Below are positions 48,212 to 59,410 of a stretch of DNA of 64,000 nt, piece by piece. The translations under genes and the position numbers were made by a program. Origin of the DNA: Gammaproteobacteria bacterium (GTDB taxonomy: Bacteria; Pseudomonadota; Gammaproteobacteria; Arenicellales; JAJDZL01); the NCBI GenBank assembly GCA_022823625.1, contig JAJEHQ010000038.1, positions 527 to 64,526 on the forward strand, written 5' to 3'. Below the pieces are notes generated by a model that saw nothing but the letters and a program-made list of their open reading frames with translations, had not been told where the DNA came from and made no database searches. How positions within the stretch are numbered: the stretch's first letter is position 1; every line of letters begins with the position of its first letter.

Positions 48212-48796
48212 TTAGTCCAAGTCCTGAACCAGAGATTGCTGAACACCATTGGGTACAGAATCAATCATGTATGAGTAATTCTCGTGGTCAATGCCAACGG
48301 ATATTTCACTTCCGGACTTCACTGCTTCGATGAAGGAAGAAGAAAGTTCAAACCTCAGAAAATGCACTGCGGATGTTTTGTCATCAGTTGAGCGATCAAG
48401 ATCTTCATCGGCAATCGCATAAACTTTGGATTGTCCCTCCGTTTCCACCCAGACCCGGTCTTCGATTCCAACAAGTTTGGCCAGCATTCGCCGACGCTCT
48501 TCGACGTCGGGATACTCCAGCATGAATGTTGCTTTCCAGTTATTGCCCGTGGGGATCAGTGGATTGTAAGCATCGAGTTCCTCTTCAATGCCTGCTGCTT
48601 CGAATGTCTTTTCGATACGCAGCATTTCCTGAACCTGGTAATGAATTGTGAGACGGTCTTCAAAGTAGAGGTTTGCGGCAGGTCCAATTTGAAGACGTCG
48701 ATGTTTCTTGTGATCTAGGACCGAAGTGCGAAATTCATCTCGCTTTACAGAATAATCTTCAAGTGACAGGAGGTCTTCTCTCTTTAGTGGTTCCAT
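48212..48796 (-). CDS. DUF3501-family protein
   Basis: HYQVQEMLRIEKTFEAAGIEEELDAYNPLIPTGNNWKATFMLEYPD matches the DUF3501 consensus as I remember it. Sits in the usual position after a CCG-domain Fe-S protein and rubrerythrin. Confidence 0.75.
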   Translation of the reverse strand: MEPLKREDLLSLEDYSVKRDEFRTSVLDHKKHRRLQIGPAANLYFEDRLTIHYQVQEMLRIEKTFEAAGIEEELDAYNPLIPTGNNWKATFMLEYPDVEERRRMLAKLVGIEDRVWVETEGQSKVYAIADEDLDRSTDDKTSAVHFLRFELSSSFIEAVKSGSEISVGIDHENYSYMIDSVPNGVQQSLVQDLD

Positions 48797-48799
48797 GAA

Positions 48800-50128
48800 T
48801 TAGATCCCATATGCAGTACGGAGTAAGGAAATTGGGTGTTCTGGTTGGGCAGAATGTTCTCCGGAATTAGCCGCAATGTGCGAAGCGGCCAGTACACAAT
48901 CACTAGCGATGTGGTCCGGCTCAACTTTCTTAACCTGATTGGCAATCGGACGGACAATTTTTTTCGAAAACTCGTAAAACTCTTTCTTCACCGCATAAGT
49001 TCCGTCGTGTCCGGAGCAGCGCTCTATCGTTGTAATATCAGTGTCAGGAATCAGTTGAAGCGTCTGACGAGTCTTAGCACCAACATTCTGGACCCGCTGA
49101 TGACAAGCGGCGTGGTACAAAACTTTGCCCAGCGCATTTTTAAATTTGGTAGTCAAAAGTTTATGTTTATGGCGAAGCATCAGGTATTCAAAGGGATCGT
49201 AAACTGCCTCCTTAACCATCTGGACCTTTGAATCATCACTGAACAGCAATGGCAATTCCTGACGAAACATAAGCGTGCACGATGGAATGGGAGTGATGAC
49301 ATCCCACCCGTCTTCAACGAACTTTGCAAGCTGCTTTATATTTTGATCTTTCAGTCGTGATACCGACTTCATATCTCCAATTTCGAGCTTTGGCATGCCA
49401 CAGCATTGATCGTTTTTGACGACTCTTACCGGGATGCCGTTATGCTCAAAGACCTTAATCAGATCTTCATTCATTGTCGGGCTGTTGTATTTGCCATAGC
49501 AAGTGGCGAACAAGACAACCTTGCCATTCGTTGGACCTGCTTTTACCGGCTCAGTCTCAAGCGGACGGTGGTTGGATATTTTGCTGTGCACGCTGCTGCT
49601 GCAAAATTTAGGTAGCTTGGCATCCTGATGCACACCAATTACCTGTTCCATGGCTTTTCGGGCAAGTGAATTGCGGTTGACCGAGTTGACGGTATGAAAC
49701 GCCACTGGAATGCTGCCAAGCTTACCAATTGAGTCGGTGGATGAGAGGACACGATCGCGTAAAGCAGGTCGTCCTTTGCGGTTGCCAACAATTTTTGCTC
49801 GTAGCATCAAATGTGGAAAATCCACCTGCCATTCATGAGGTGGGACATAAGGACACTTGGTCATGAAGCATAGGTCGCAAAGATAGCAATTGTCGACAAC
49901 GTCCCAGTATTTTTCTTTAGGAACACCGTCAAGCTCCATCGTGTCTGACTCGTCGATCGCATCAAACAGTGTGGGAAAGGCGTTACAAAGGCTGAAGCAA
50001 CGCCGACAGCCGTGACAGATGTCATAAACTCTTTCAAGTTCCTGAAACAGGCTGGTTTCATTATTGAACTCTTCGGACTGCCAGTCTAGCACATGGCGTT
50101 CCGGCGCTTCCAGGGACCCTTCTCTCAT
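48800..50128 (-). CDS. Fe-S oxidoreductase with two 4Fe-4S motifs and CCG domains (HdrD/GlpC-like)
   Basis: CHGCRRCFSLC and CYLCDLCFMTKCP ferredoxin-type clusters; CCGMP and a second Cys-rich CCG-like region. Confidence 0.8.
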   Translation of the reverse strand: MREGSLEAPERHVLDWQSEEFNNETSLFQELERVYDICHGCRRCFSLCNAFPTLFDAIDESDTMELDGVPKEKYWDVVDNCYLCDLCFMTKCPYVPPHEWQVDFPHLMLRAKIVGNRKGRPALRDRVLSSTDSIGKLGSIPVAFHTVNSVNRNSLARKAMEQVIGVHQDAKLPKFCSSSVHSKISNHRPLETEPVKAGPTNGKVVLFATCYGKYNSPTMNEDLIKVFEHNGIPVRVVKNDQCCGMPKLEIGDMKSVSRLKDQNIKQLAKFVEDGWDVITPIPSCTLMFRQELPLLFSDDSKVQMVKEAVYDPFEYLMLRHKHKLLTTKFKNALGKVLYHAACHQRVQNVGAKTRQTLQLIPDTDITTIERCSGHDGTYAVKKEFYEFSKKIVRPIANQVKKVEPDHIASDCVLAASHIAANSGEHSAQPEHPISLLRTAYGI

Positions 50129-50155
50129 ATCAGAATTGATGTGTCATTCAGTTAT

Positions 50156-50198
50156 TGAAAAAAACAGGCGGAACCGCGAAGCCGCGATTCCGCCTGTT
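50156..50198 (-). terminator. Rho-independent terminator after the rubrerythrin gene
   Basis: 11-bp stem AACAGGCGGAA / TTCCGCCTGTT (50163-50173 / 50188-50198) with a GC-rich inner stem, followed on the minus strand by a T7 tract (A-run 50158-50164 on plus). Confidence 0.8.
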
Positions 50199-50217
50199 GT
50201 AGAGCTGATTCGATTGA

Positions 50218-50637
50218 TTAAGCGTCGAGGTTATCGAGTGCCTTCTGAAAACGATTGGCGTGAGAACGCTCCGCTTTTGCGAGTGTTTCAAACCAGTCGG
50301 CTATTTCGTCAAATCCTTCATCACGAGCTGAAGAAGCCATTCCTGGGTACATGTCGGTGTACTCGTGGGTCTCTCCTGCAATTGCAGCTTTGAGATTTTC
50401 GGCTGTATGTCCGATTGGCAGACCGGTTGCCGGATCTCCAACGGCTTCAAGATATTCAAGGTGGCCGTGGGCGTGGCCGGTTTCACCTTCCGCAGTAGAG
50501 CGGAACACCGCTGAAACATCATTGTAACCTTCGACATCTGCTTTAGCAGCAAAGTAAAGGTAACGTCGGTTTGCCTGAGACTCTCCGGCAAATGCATCCT
50601 TTAAATTCTGTTCAGTTTTTGAACCTTTTAGTTCCAT
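50218..50637 (-). CDS. Rubrerythrin-family (ferritin-like diiron) protein without rubredoxin domain
   Basis: GSKTEQNLKDAFAGESQANRRYLYFA..EGETGHAHGHLEYL..AIAGETHEYTDMYP..AKAERSHANRF: paired ExxH diiron motifs. Confidence 0.88.
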   Translation of the reverse strand: MELKGSKTEQNLKDAFAGESQANRRYLYFAAKADVEGYNDVSAVFRSTAEGETGHAHGHLEYLEAVGDPATGLPIGHTAENLKAAIAGETHEYTDMYPGMASSARDEGFDEIADWFETLAKAERSHANRFQKALDNLDA

Positions 50638-50916
50638 TCAACTGTCTCCCGGTAGTAACGTTGATAAGTTGGAATTCAAAGCAAATATTTTAATGAATAT
50701 TCGTGCAATTACAGATAAGGTTTGGATTTCTGTTTTCAAGGGTCAATTGGTGTAATTTGCAAGAATTCGTTGCATCTTCAAAAATCGGCAATTGTCTGGT
50801 GATTCTCTGCTAACGAAGCTGAATTGTGTGGTTGATCAATTCGACTCGCCACGAACATTTTTCAGGCAAATTCAGGAATATAATGAATTTTCCGACTTCG
50901 CAAGAGTTCTCAATTG

Positions 50917-51180
50917 ATGAGTAATACTGAATCAGCAGATCACCAGCCTGAAACCGCGAAAGAATTATCTTTCGAAGATGCTGTTCAGGAACTTGAAGCG
51001 ATCATTCAGCGAATGTCTGGTGGTACTCAGTCATTGGAAAATTCGATTGCCGAATTTGAAAGAGGCATCAAAATTGTCCGCGAGTGCCAAAAAATGCTGA
51101 GTGATGCCGAGCAGCGAGTTGAATCACTGATTAAAGCTGCTGATGGGCAAGTACAGACAAAATCGTTTGATTCAGAATAG
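50917..51180 (+). CDS. xseB: Exodeoxyribonuclease VII small subunit
   Basis: LSFEDAVQELEAIIQRMSGGTQSLENSIAEFERGIKIVRECQKML. Followed by ispA-dxs, as in E. coli. Confidence 0.9.
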   Translation: MSNTESADHQPETAKELSFEDAVQELEAIIQRMSGGTQSLENSIAEFERGIKIVRECQKMLSDAEQRVESLIKAADGQVQTKSFDSE

Positions 51181-51188
51181 GGAAATTA

Positions 51189-52007
51189 ATGGGATTTGAC
51201 CTGGAGTGGCGTCAGCTGCAGGAAGCGGCTGTTCAATCACTGGAATATAGACTTCCTCCGGTTACTCAATCTCCAAAGCAATTGCATGAGGCAATGCGCT
51301 ATGCGACTCTAAATGGAGGCAAGCGCTTCAGAGCTGTACTGGTGATGATGACTGGAAAAATGTTTGGTACAAGTCTGGAACGATTGATGGCACCCGCTGC
51401 GGCCATTGAGTGCATTCATGCCTATTCCCTGGTTCATGATGATTTGCCGTGCATGGATGATGATGATTTTCGTCGTGGAATGCCATCATGCCACAAGAAG
51501 TATGATGAAGCGACTGCAGTGTTGGTGGGTGATGCACTACAGACATTGGCGTTCGAAATATTGGCGTCAGATAAAAGTTTGATAAACTTACAGGAGAGAA
51601 GAGGGGCTCTTGTATCAACTCTAGCGAAAGCAGCCGGTTCAAGCGGTATGGTTGGTGGTCAGGTTTTGGATATTCAGTTTGAAAATTCGTCGACAGGGGA
51701 AATCGACCCAATCACTATTCATCAGTTAAAGACCTCGCGTTTGATACAGGCTAGTGTTCAATTGGGCGCACAAGTGAGCGATTCCGTTACTGAGGATGAG
51801 TTTCAGGCGCTCAGCGATTACGGAGAGTGTGTTGGTTTGGCGTTTCAATTTAAGGACGATCAGCTTGATGATGATGCTTTGGTTGAAAATCCGCTGGATA
51901 AGGCAATTGAAATGCGCGACCGGGCAATCGGATATCTGCACACTGTCAATAGGGATATTGAGAATTTGGAAAAACTGGCAGATTTTGTAGTTTCACGTGA
52001 AATGTAA
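51189..52007 (+). CDS. ispA: (2E,6E)-farnesyl diphosphate synthase
   Basis: First DDxxD region HAYSLVHDDLPCMDDDDFRRG and second FQFKDDQLD. Confidence 0.9.
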   Translation: MGFDLEWRQLQEAAVQSLEYRLPPVTQSPKQLHEAMRYATLNGGKRFRAVLVMMTGKMFGTSLERLMAPAAAIECIHAYSLVHDDLPCMDDDDFRRGMPSCHKKYDEATAVLVGDALQTLAFEILASDKSLINLQERRGALVSTLAKAAGSSGMVGGQVLDIQFENSSTGEIDPITIHQLKTSRLIQASVQLGAQVSDSVTEDEFQALSDYGECVGLAFQFKDDQLDDDALVENPLDKAIEMRDRAIGYLHTVNRDIENLEKLADFVVSREM

Positions 52008-52063
52008 TTGGATTACTGTGCCATGCTGAATCGTGAATTACTGCAATCAAGGCCATAACCTTT

Positions 52064-53950
52064 GTGGAAGTATTTGGTGTGGATAACTACGAACTCTTAA
52101 GTCAAATAGAATTTCCTTCAGACATCAAGAATTTGTCTGAAAGTCAACTGCCGCAACTCGCGTCAGAAGTGCGCGACTTTCTGGTAGAGGTAACTTCAAA
52201 AACAGGAGGCCACCTGGCTGCAGGACTCGGAACAGTTGAATTGACCGTGGTACTGCATTATCTGTACGATACGCCAAGAGACAGATTAGTCTGGGATATA
52301 GGACACCAGGCGTATCCTCACAAGATTCTCACGGGTCGCAAAGAGCTGATGCACACCATTCGAAAACCAGGTGGACTGAGCGGGTTTCTGAAACGGGATG
52401 AGAGTGAATATGACACTTTTGGTGCCGGTCACTCAAGCACCTCAATTTCTGCTGCTCTTGGCATGTCGGTAGCCCTGGCAGCACAGGGAGAAAAGCGACG
52501 TGTTGTCGCCATAATTGGCGATGGTGCAATGACTGCCGGCCTCGCTTACGAAGCTCTCAACAATGCAGGCGCTTCGTCATCGGACCTGTTGGTCATTTTG
52601 AACGATAACGAAATGTCAATATCACCCAATGTAGGTGCTGTTTCCAATTACCTGGCGCGACTCATGTCGGGCAGAACATACATGTCAATCCGGGAAGGTG
52701 GAAAATCAGTTCTCGGCGTAATGCCGCGAGGGGTACAGGAACTTTCAAATCGCATAGAATCACATGCCAAAGGATTAATTCTACCGAGTTCTCTGTTTGA
52801 GGAATTGGGGTTCTACTACATTGGCCCAATTGATGGGCACGATATTCCAACTCTTCTGAAAACGCTCAAAAATCTGTCGCGGATTTCGGGACCCAGATTC
52901 TTGCACATTATTACCAGGAAAGGTAAGGGGTACGAACCTGCGGAATCCGACCCGCTTCGTTATCATGGTGTGTCACCGTTTGAACCTGCGACCGGCGAAA
53001 TGCAGAAAAAAACCGCCAGTGCTGTTTCGTACACCCAGGTGTTTGGTAAATGGCTCTGTGATATGGCGGAAAAAGACCACCGGTTGTTTGGCATTACACC
53101 GGCCATGCGTGAAGGCTCGGGACTGGTTGAATTTCAAACCAGGTTTCCCGAACGTTACTTTGATGTTGGAATTGCAGAACAGCATTCAGTAACCTTCGCC
53201 GCAGGACTTGCTTGCGAAAAAGCAAAACCCGTCGTTGCCATTTACTCCACCTTTTTGCAGCGTGCCTATGATCAACTGATTCATGATGTATGTATTCAAA
53301 ACCTTGATGTCACTTTTGCCCTTGACCGGGCTGGTTACATTGGAGGTGATGGGGCCACTCATGCCGGCCACTATGATTACGCATACCTTCGGTGCATTCC
53401 TAACATGGTTGTGATGGCTCCGTCGGATGAGGCGGAAACGCGTAATATGCTGTTCACAGCCTATATGCACGAGGGTCCTGCATCGGTACGCTATCCACGC
53501 GGCGCTGGAATTGGAGCAGAACAACAGGAAGAAATGCAGGAGATTCCGATCGGAGTCGCCGAAGTTGTTCGTGAACGGAGTGACTCGAAGAAAAAAGGTG
53601 TTGCGATTCTGGCGTTCGGCAGTATGCTTGCCACTGCTAAAGCCGTAGCTGAGCAGGTTGACGTTACTGTGGTCAATATGCGATTCGTCAAGCCTATCGA
53701 TGAAGATACAGTTTTGAAAATGGCGAAGTCGCATGAGTGGCTGTTAACAGTGGAAGAGCACGTCGTCGCAGGGGGAGCTGGGTCTGCAGTGAATGAAGTT
53801 CTAAACAGGCACAAATTGCTCACGAAAATCATCAATCTAGGAATTCCCGACAAAATATTTGATCACGGCAATCCAAAAGATGTGTTTGCCGAAGCTGGGA
53901 TAGATTCCGATTCAATCATAGAACAGATAAAATCTCTCGATCTGGCATAG
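52064..53950 (+). CDS. dxs: 1-deoxy-D-xylulose-5-phosphate synthase
   Basis: [18 protein letters not shown], ThDP motif [18 protein letters not shown]; 628 aa. GTG start as listed. Confidence 0.95.
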   Translation: MEVFGVDNYELLSQIEFPSDIKNLSESQLPQLASEVRDFLVEVTSKTGGHLAAGLGTVELTVVLHYLYDTPRDRLVWDIGHQAYPHKILTGRKELMHTIRKPGGLSGFLKRDESEYDTFGAGHSSTSISAALGMSVALAAQGEKRRVVAIIGDGAMTAGLAYEALNNAGASSSDLLVILNDNEMSISPNVGAVSNYLARLMSGRTYMSIREGGKSVLGVMPRGVQELSNRIESHAKGLILPSSLFEELGFYYIGPIDGHDIPTLLKTLKNLSRISGPRFLHIITRKGKGYEPAESDPLRYHGVSPFEPATGEMQKKTASAVSYTQVFGKWLCDMAEKDHRLFGITPAMREGSGLVEFQTRFPERYFDVGIAEQHSVTFAAGLACEKAKPVVAIYSTFLQRAYDQLIHDVCIQNLDVTFALDRAGYIGGDGATHAGHYDYAYLRCIPNMVVMAPSDEAETRNMLFTAYMHEGPASVRYPRGAGIGAEQQEEMQEIPIGVAEVVRERSDSKKKGVAILAFGSMLATAKAVAEQVDVTVVNMRFVKPIDEDTVLKMAKSHEWLLTVEEHVVAGGAGSAVNEVLNRHKLLTKIINLGIPDKIFDHGNPKDVFAEAGIDSDSIIEQIKSLDLA

Positions 53951-53969
53951 TCGTCAAGGAGAATTGCAT

Positions 53970-54800
53970 ATGAAGTTTCCACAATTGGTTCCGGTTCCTA
54001 TGGAACCAGCTGAAAGTTCAATTCCAGATATTCAGGCGAAGCAGGATACAAGGAAGCTCGCCATTGACCAGGTCGGTATCCGTGAAATCCGCCATCCGGT
54101 GAAAGTACGTGATCGCGCGCATGGCGATCAATACACCGTTGCCACTTTCAATATGTATGTCGGATTGCCCCATAACTTCAAGGGCACTCATATGTCTAGA
54201 TTCGTTGAGGTTTTGAACGACCACGAAAATGTGATTTCAGTGCATTCGTTTAAAGATATTGTCAAGCAGGTTGCCGATAAACTGGCATCCAAGACGAGTA
54301 GTATCGAGATGACTTTTCCGTATTTTCGTGAGAAAAGCGCACCGGTGACGGGAGTAAAGAGCTTGGTCGATTACGAAGTTACGCTGTTTGGCGTATTGAA
54401 GGACGACGCGGTGCACATCACTACCCGAGTCATCGTTCCAGTTACCAGTCTATGTCCGTGTTCAAAGGAAATATCAAGTTATGGCGCTCACAATCAGCGT
54501 TCTCATGTGACGATTACAGTTCTTGCAGAAGAATTTGTCTGGATTGAAGAGTTGATTGACATTGCAGAGTCCAATGCGAGTTCACAACTCTATGGACTTT
54601 TGAAGCGGCCTGATGAAAAGTATGTAACAGAAGAGGCTTATGACAATCCGAAGTTTGTAGAGGATATGGTGCGTGATATTGCCGGCGAACTCATACAGGA
54701 TGAACGGGTTGTTTCGTATACAGTTGAATCGGAAAATTTCGAATCAATTCACAATCATTCCGCCTATGCAAAAATTTCCGGTACAAGAGAAGAAAACTAG
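53970..54800 (+). CDS. folE2: GTP cyclohydrolase FolE2 (type IB)
   Basis: [55 protein letters not shown] 8 nt before ATG 53970. Confidence 0.88.
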   Translation: MKFPQLVPVPMEPAESSIPDIQAKQDTRKLAIDQVGIREIRHPVKVRDRAHGDQYTVATFNMYVGLPHNFKGTHMSRFVEVLNDHENVISVHSFKDIVKQVADKLASKTSSIEMTFPYFREKSAPVTGVKSLVDYEVTLFGVLKDDAVHITTRVIVPVTSLCPCSKEISSYGAHNQRSHVTITVLAEEFVWIEELIDIAESNASSQLYGLLKRPDEKYVTEEAYDNPKFVEDMVRDIAGELIQDERVVSYTVESENFESIHNHSAYAKISGTREEN

Positions 54801-54866
54801 TCGATTCCCGTGCTGATTGATATGCTGCGAGTAACAATCTGAATTCCTGAGCGGTCGTTTTGACTC

Positions 54867-55355
54867 GTGGAAGTGGAACTTGAACAGACTTTGATCGACC
54901 GGCTCGTTGCAAACAAGCCAGCTTCCTTGTTGCTGATATCCCCGGAAGTCCCGCCCGATTTAGCAAGTTGCTTGGAAAGTGCTCCTGAAATTGAGTTTGA
55001 GCACACAGACTTTGAAAGTATTGAGAAAACGATTTTGCCTTTGGGGCGATATGAATTTGTAGTTGTTGCCGATTTGCTGAACCGCATGGATGTCGATCTG
55101 GCTGAGCAATTGGTGTGTATGTTGCGCGACTTGCATGCCAGGGTGCTTTGGGTGATGGTGCCTCAGAAAATGCTGTTGCGATACAACCATAATAATGCGG
55201 TAGCGCAAGGAATGCGAATGATCAGTCCAAAGCAATTCGGGTCCGACGAACCTCAGTGGTATGAGTTTAATCTGGAGTCTTATAAACCGGTTCCACAGTG
55301 GTTGAATGCGAAGAATTGGGCTAACCCGGAAAGATGGGACAAAGACCGCTGGTAA
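54867..55355 (+). CDS. Conserved hypothetical protein (162 aa)
   Basis: ORF between folE2 and proS; no motif recognised. GTG start as listed. Confidence 0.45.
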   Translation: MEVELEQTLIDRLVANKPASLLLISPEVPPDLASCLESAPEIEFEHTDFESIEKTILPLGRYEFVVVADLLNRMDVDLAEQLVCMLRDLHARVLWVMVPQKMLLRYNHNNAVAQGMRMISPKQFGSDEPQWYEFNLESYKPVPQWLNAKNWANPERWDKDRW

Positions 55356-55385
55356 GCGTAAGCGGACACCGAACTGGAGAAAATT

Positions 55386-57092
55386 TTGAAGTCAACAGAA
55401 AATTTGCTAGCGACTGTGAGGCAGGTGCCGGCGGATGTGGAAATCGTCAGCCATCGGCTGATGCTAAGAGCTGGTATGATTCGGCAGCTCGCATCTGGTA
55501 TATACAGCTGGCTTCCGACCGGTTTGCGTGTGCTAAGAAAAGTGGAGAACATCGTCCGTGAAGAGATGAATCGGGCTGGTGCTCAAGAAGTGCTTATGCC
55601 GTCTGTTCAGCCGGCAGAAATTTGGCGAGAATCTGGCCGTTGGGATTTTTTTGGACCGGAATTGCTAAGGTTTCAAGATCGCCATAAGCGTGATTTCTGC
55701 CTAGGTCCGACTCATGAGGAAGTGATTACGACGCTGATCAATAATGAAGTTCGCAGCTACCGTCAGTTACCAGCCAATTTCTACCAGATTCAGTGGAAGT
55801 TTCGCGATGAAGTTCGTCCGAGATTTGGGGTGATGCGTTGCCGCGAATTTCTCATGAAAGATGCCTATTCTTTCGATGTCAACAGAGCGGGGATGGAACA
55901 GGCTTATCAGGTCATGTACGACGCCTACTGCAAGGTGTTCGAACGTTTGGGACTGGATTTTGTCGCGGTTGCGGCTGATTCAGGTGCCATTGGTGGCAGT
56001 GTATCAACAGAATTTCATGTGTTGGCCGATTCTGGTGAGGATGGCATCGGCATCAATACTGATGCTAATTTTGCATCCAATGTTGAAATGATCGATTTGC
56101 CGCCTTCCGGGCCACCAAAACCGGCGGAAGAATCATTGGCTTTAGTCGAAACCCCGACAGTTCGCACAATTGAAGACCTGTGTAAATTTCTGTCAGTTCC
56201 GTCATCTCAAACCTTGAAAACACTGTTGGTACAAGGGGAGAATGGACCGGTTGCTTTATTACTCCGCGGTGATCATGAATTGAATACGCTTAAAGCTGTG
56301 AAAGTTTCGGGAATCGAAAGTCCATTGCAGATGGCTGGCGCGGATGAAGTAGAGAAAGCAACCGGAGCCCAGTCCGGTTCTGTCGGGCCGATCGGACTCG
56401 AAATACCGATGTATGCAGATTACGCCACTCGCGAAATGTCAGATTTTGTATGTGGAGCAAATCAGCGTGAACACCACTATACCGGCGTAAACTGGGGCCG
56501 TGATTTGCCGGAACCGCCGTTTGTCGACTTGCGTAAAGCAGTAAACGGCGATCCGTGTCCAAATGATCCGACCAAGTCCATAACTGTCAAACGCGGCATT
56601 GAAGTCGGACACGTATTTCAACTCGGTACCAAGTACAGTGAATCGTTTGATGCAACCTGCCTCGATGCCAATGGTGAAAATGCAGTGATGTGGATGGGTT
56701 GCTATGGCATTGGGGTATCTCGCATCGTTGCCGCTGCCATTGAGCAGAACAATGATGATTCTGGCATCATTTGGCCGGAACCGATTGCACCTTTCCTAGT
56801 GTGTATTGTGCCAATCAACTTTCAGCAATCGGCGGATGTCGCCAGAATTTCAGTGGATGTTCACGATGCACTGACGCAAGCAGGTGTTGAAGTGATGCTG
56901 GATGATCGCGATGATCGTCCGGGCGTTAAGTTTGCCGATATGGATCTGCTTGGCATTCCGCATCGGCTTGTTGTGTCTGATCGCGGAATTGCTAACGGAC
57001 AAATTGAATACAAAAGGCGCGGCAAAGAGGCTGTAGAACACCTTTCACTCGACGGTCTGACTGAAGAGCTGCTGCAGCGAATCAATCATTAA
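55386..57092 (+). CDS. proS: Proline--tRNA ligase
   Basis: LLATVRQVPADVEIVSHRLMLRAGMIRQLASGIYSWLPTGLRVL is almost collinear with E. coli ProS. GGAGAA SD before the TTG start. Confidence 0.95.
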   Translation: MKSTENLLATVRQVPADVEIVSHRLMLRAGMIRQLASGIYSWLPTGLRVLRKVENIVREEMNRAGAQEVLMPSVQPAEIWRESGRWDFFGPELLRFQDRHKRDFCLGPTHEEVITTLINNEVRSYRQLPANFYQIQWKFRDEVRPRFGVMRCREFLMKDAYSFDVNRAGMEQAYQVMYDAYCKVFERLGLDFVAVAADSGAIGGSVSTEFHVLADSGEDGIGINTDANFASNVEMIDLPPSGPPKPAEESLALVETPTVRTIEDLCKFLSVPSSQTLKTLLVQGENGPVALLLRGDHELNTLKAVKVSGIESPLQMAGADEVEKATGAQSGSVGPIGLEIPMYADYATREMSDFVCGANQREHHYTGVNWGRDLPEPPFVDLRKAVNGDPCPNDPTKSITVKRGIEVGHVFQLGTKYSESFDATCLDANGENAVMWMGCYGIGVSRIVAAAIEQNNDDSGIIWPEPIAPFLVCIVPINFQQSADVARISVDVHDALTQAGVEVMLDDRDDRPGVKFADMDLLGIPHRLVVSDRGIANGQIEYKRRGKEAVEHLSLDGLTEELLQRINH

Positions 57093-57098
57093 GGGTTA

Positions 57099-57386
57099 TC
57101 AATTAGGTGGTTCTACCCAGTTGATTGTAAATCCCTCGGCAACAAATTCCTCAGCCGGCTCAAATACAACATCGGTGACGTTCGACATCGGTGATCCTTT
57201 CCACAGGGCTAGCTGTAGTTGGTCGAATTGTTCCTGGTCACCTTTGGCAAGAAATTCTACTCTGCCATCCGATAAGTTTCGCACCCAGCCTTGAATTCCT
57301 ATTTCGGTAGCGGCTTCAGCCGCATGTCGACGATACCAGACGCCTTGAACCAGACCTGAAACGGTATATTTACGCGTTTCAATCAT
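57099..57386 (-). CDS. acyP: Acylphosphatase
   Basis: VSGLVQGVWYRRHAAEAATEIGIQGWVRNLSDGRVE; 95 aa. Confidence 0.88.
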   Translation of the reverse strand: MIETRKYTVSGLVQGVWYRRHAAEAATEIGIQGWVRNLSDGRVEFLAKGDQEQFDQLQLALWKGSPMSNVTDVVFEPAEEFVAEGFTINWVEPPN

Positions 57387-59361
57387 TTGCTTTCAAAGCA
57401 TGTTGCCAATTCGGAACCGGAAGGTACTCTCTGATACGGGCGTGCTGGGTGGTGAAAATTTTCTCGTAAATGATGAAGTTCACGAGAATTTTTTTAACGT
57501 AGTTGCGAGTTTCTGTAAATGGGATCGACTCGACCCATGCTGCCGGATCCTTGGCCGGAATCATTTTCTTCCATTGCTTAACTCGCCTTGGTCCGGCGTT
57601 ATATCCTGCAAGCGAATGGACTGCATTGCCTTCAGTCTGATCAAGCAATGATCGAAAGTATGATGTACCCAAGTGAATATTGAGTGCCGCTTTCGACAGG
57701 TCGTTTCTTGACGGTTTCTTGAGGCGGTTCTTTTTTGCAACGTTATGAGCGGTTCTCGGCATCAACTGTAGTAAGCCCACAGCACCAGCACCTGAACGAA
57801 TATCGTGGATAAACAAGCTCTCCTGTCGCATGATCCCCAAAATCCAGTATTCTGGGACTCGATGCCGGATTGCTTCTTTTCGCACAACGCTAAGAAAAGG
57901 TGAAGGGTGGGAGAGCGTGACTTCAAATTCTGAAGATCGTCCAGATGCAAACGTGGCACGAATTGCGCCATCGTGCCAACTCCAGGTATGAAACAACATT
58001 GCAGCCTGGACCCAGAAATCCGATTCCCCGGCGCGCTTTTTGCGTAAGTAAGTCAACTCGCTCCGCGCACTGTATGGTTTGTTGAATGCAAGCCATTCAC
58101 GAATGCGCGCGATAGCGGGTTCGGCTTCTAGCAGTGAACCCTGGTCTTTAGACTCAGAATTCAGCCCGGCTTGGGACAGGTTGTAAGGCAACCCCAACTG
58201 GTCTGCCGCAAGAAATCCATAAAAGTGTCTTTCTTCTGCAATTGAAGTGAGTAATTCCACAGCTTCCTGACGATGTCCGGTTTCGTCAAGTGCTCGGGCA
58301 CGCCAATAACGCCACTCAATGCTCTGAGCGTCACTATCTGACATTCGGCTGATAGCATTCAGTATGTGCTCCCAGTTTTCTCTTGCAAGTGCATTTCTGG
58401 CCATCAGTTCCAGAGTGCTGTTATTGTGTAAAGTTTCCGGTAAGTTGGCCAGCATGCTGTAGGCGTGAAGATGGCGTCGCCAACCCAGTATCTGTGCAAT
58501 CTGTTTCCTGGTATCCGTAAGTCTCTTGACAGCTTCAGGTTCTCTGGATTTCAGTTCCTGCCAGAATGCATAACCGGCATCAGAGTTCTTCCTCGTTATT
58601 TTCGCCATACCGTAGGTGATGACCTGTCGTCCGTGGTGAGACTGACTCCATTGGTCAAGATTTCTTCTGAGCATCGTTCGCGGATTTTTGTGAGTCTGAT
58701 TTAAACGCTTGACCCATTTCTTTACCTCATCGGAGCGTAATAGACCACGGAGGTACTTCGTCATATTCGACTGATTTTTTTGTGAGGCCAGAAGTATTCG
58801 CTGCCAAATCAGATCATCATCGATCAATCCGTGTTTGAGTGCGTAGTCAAACAGTGGGTCACATTGTTTGGGTTGAGATCGAGAAACCAGCCATAGAGGC
58901 TCTATGTGTCGCATGGCGTCCTCGCGCGACCCGGTATTCAATACCGCCCTGGCTACAGTACACTTTGTTTCTGTCGTAACTGAATCTGAGAAGTGCTTTA
59001 TGATCAATTCCCAGTCGTTTCGCACAATCAATCGGTCCAGCCACCAATTTCTAAAGCTGCTTGGCAGCGGAACATCGACCCTGGAAATTATTCGGTCAAT
59101 TTGTCTGTTTGAATAATCCGAGTGAGTTGCTCGGACTTCTTTAATGATGAGGTAGTGGTAAAGCGGGTAGTCTTTCAGCTCGGGCTTTATTTTCAGCCAG
59201 GCTGATACCTTTTTTTGGTTCAGCAGCGAATTAGCATCAAGATAAGTTGAGCGTTGCTCATTCAGGTATGTGCTGGCATGGGTGGGGGTCGCGACAAACC
59301 ACAATACACCCACGAGTGCAATTACACACCATCGACGAGGCGCTGAGTACAGATGGCGCAT
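57379..59361 (-). CDS. slt: Soluble lytic murein transglycosylase (Slt70-like)
   Basis: Signal peptide, superhelical U-domain length, and SLT catalytic region ILGIMRQESLF..GAVGLLQLMP..AGYNAGP. Confidence 0.9.
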   Translation of the reverse strand: MRHLYSAPRRWCVIALVGVLWFVATPTHASTYLNEQRSTYLDANSLLNQKKVSAWLKIKPELKDYPLYHYLIIKEVRATHSDYSNRQIDRIISRVDVPLPSSFRNWWLDRLIVRNDWELIIKHFSDSVTTETKCTVARAVLNTGSREDAMRHIEPLWLVSRSQPKQCDPLFDYALKHGLIDDDLIWQRILLASQKNQSNMTKYLRGLLRSDEVKKWVKRLNQTHKNPRTMLRRNLDQWSQSHHGRQVITYGMAKITRKNSDAGYAFWQELKSREPEAVKRLTDTRKQIAQILGWRRHLHAYSMLANLPETLHNNSTLELMARNALARENWEHILNAISRMSDSDAQSIEWRYWRARALDETGHRQEAVELLTSIAEERHFYGFLAADQLGLPYNLSQAGLNSESKDQGSLLEAEPAIARIREWLAFNKPYSARSELTYLRKKRAGESDFWVQAAMLFHTWSWHDGAIRATFASGRSSEFEVTLSHPSPFLSVVRKEAIRHRVPEYWILGIMRQESLFIHDIRSGAGAVGLLQLMPRTAHNVAKKNRLKKPSRNDLSKAALNIHLGTSYFRSLLDQTEGNAVHSLAGYNAGPRRVKQWKKMIPAKDPAAWVESIPFTETRNYVKKILVNFIIYEKIFTTQHARIREYLPVPNWQHALKAND

Positions 59362-59410
59362 AAAAGACTACTTGGGAGTCAGGGTGCCAGGTTTGCTGGA
59401 TAATCTAAAA

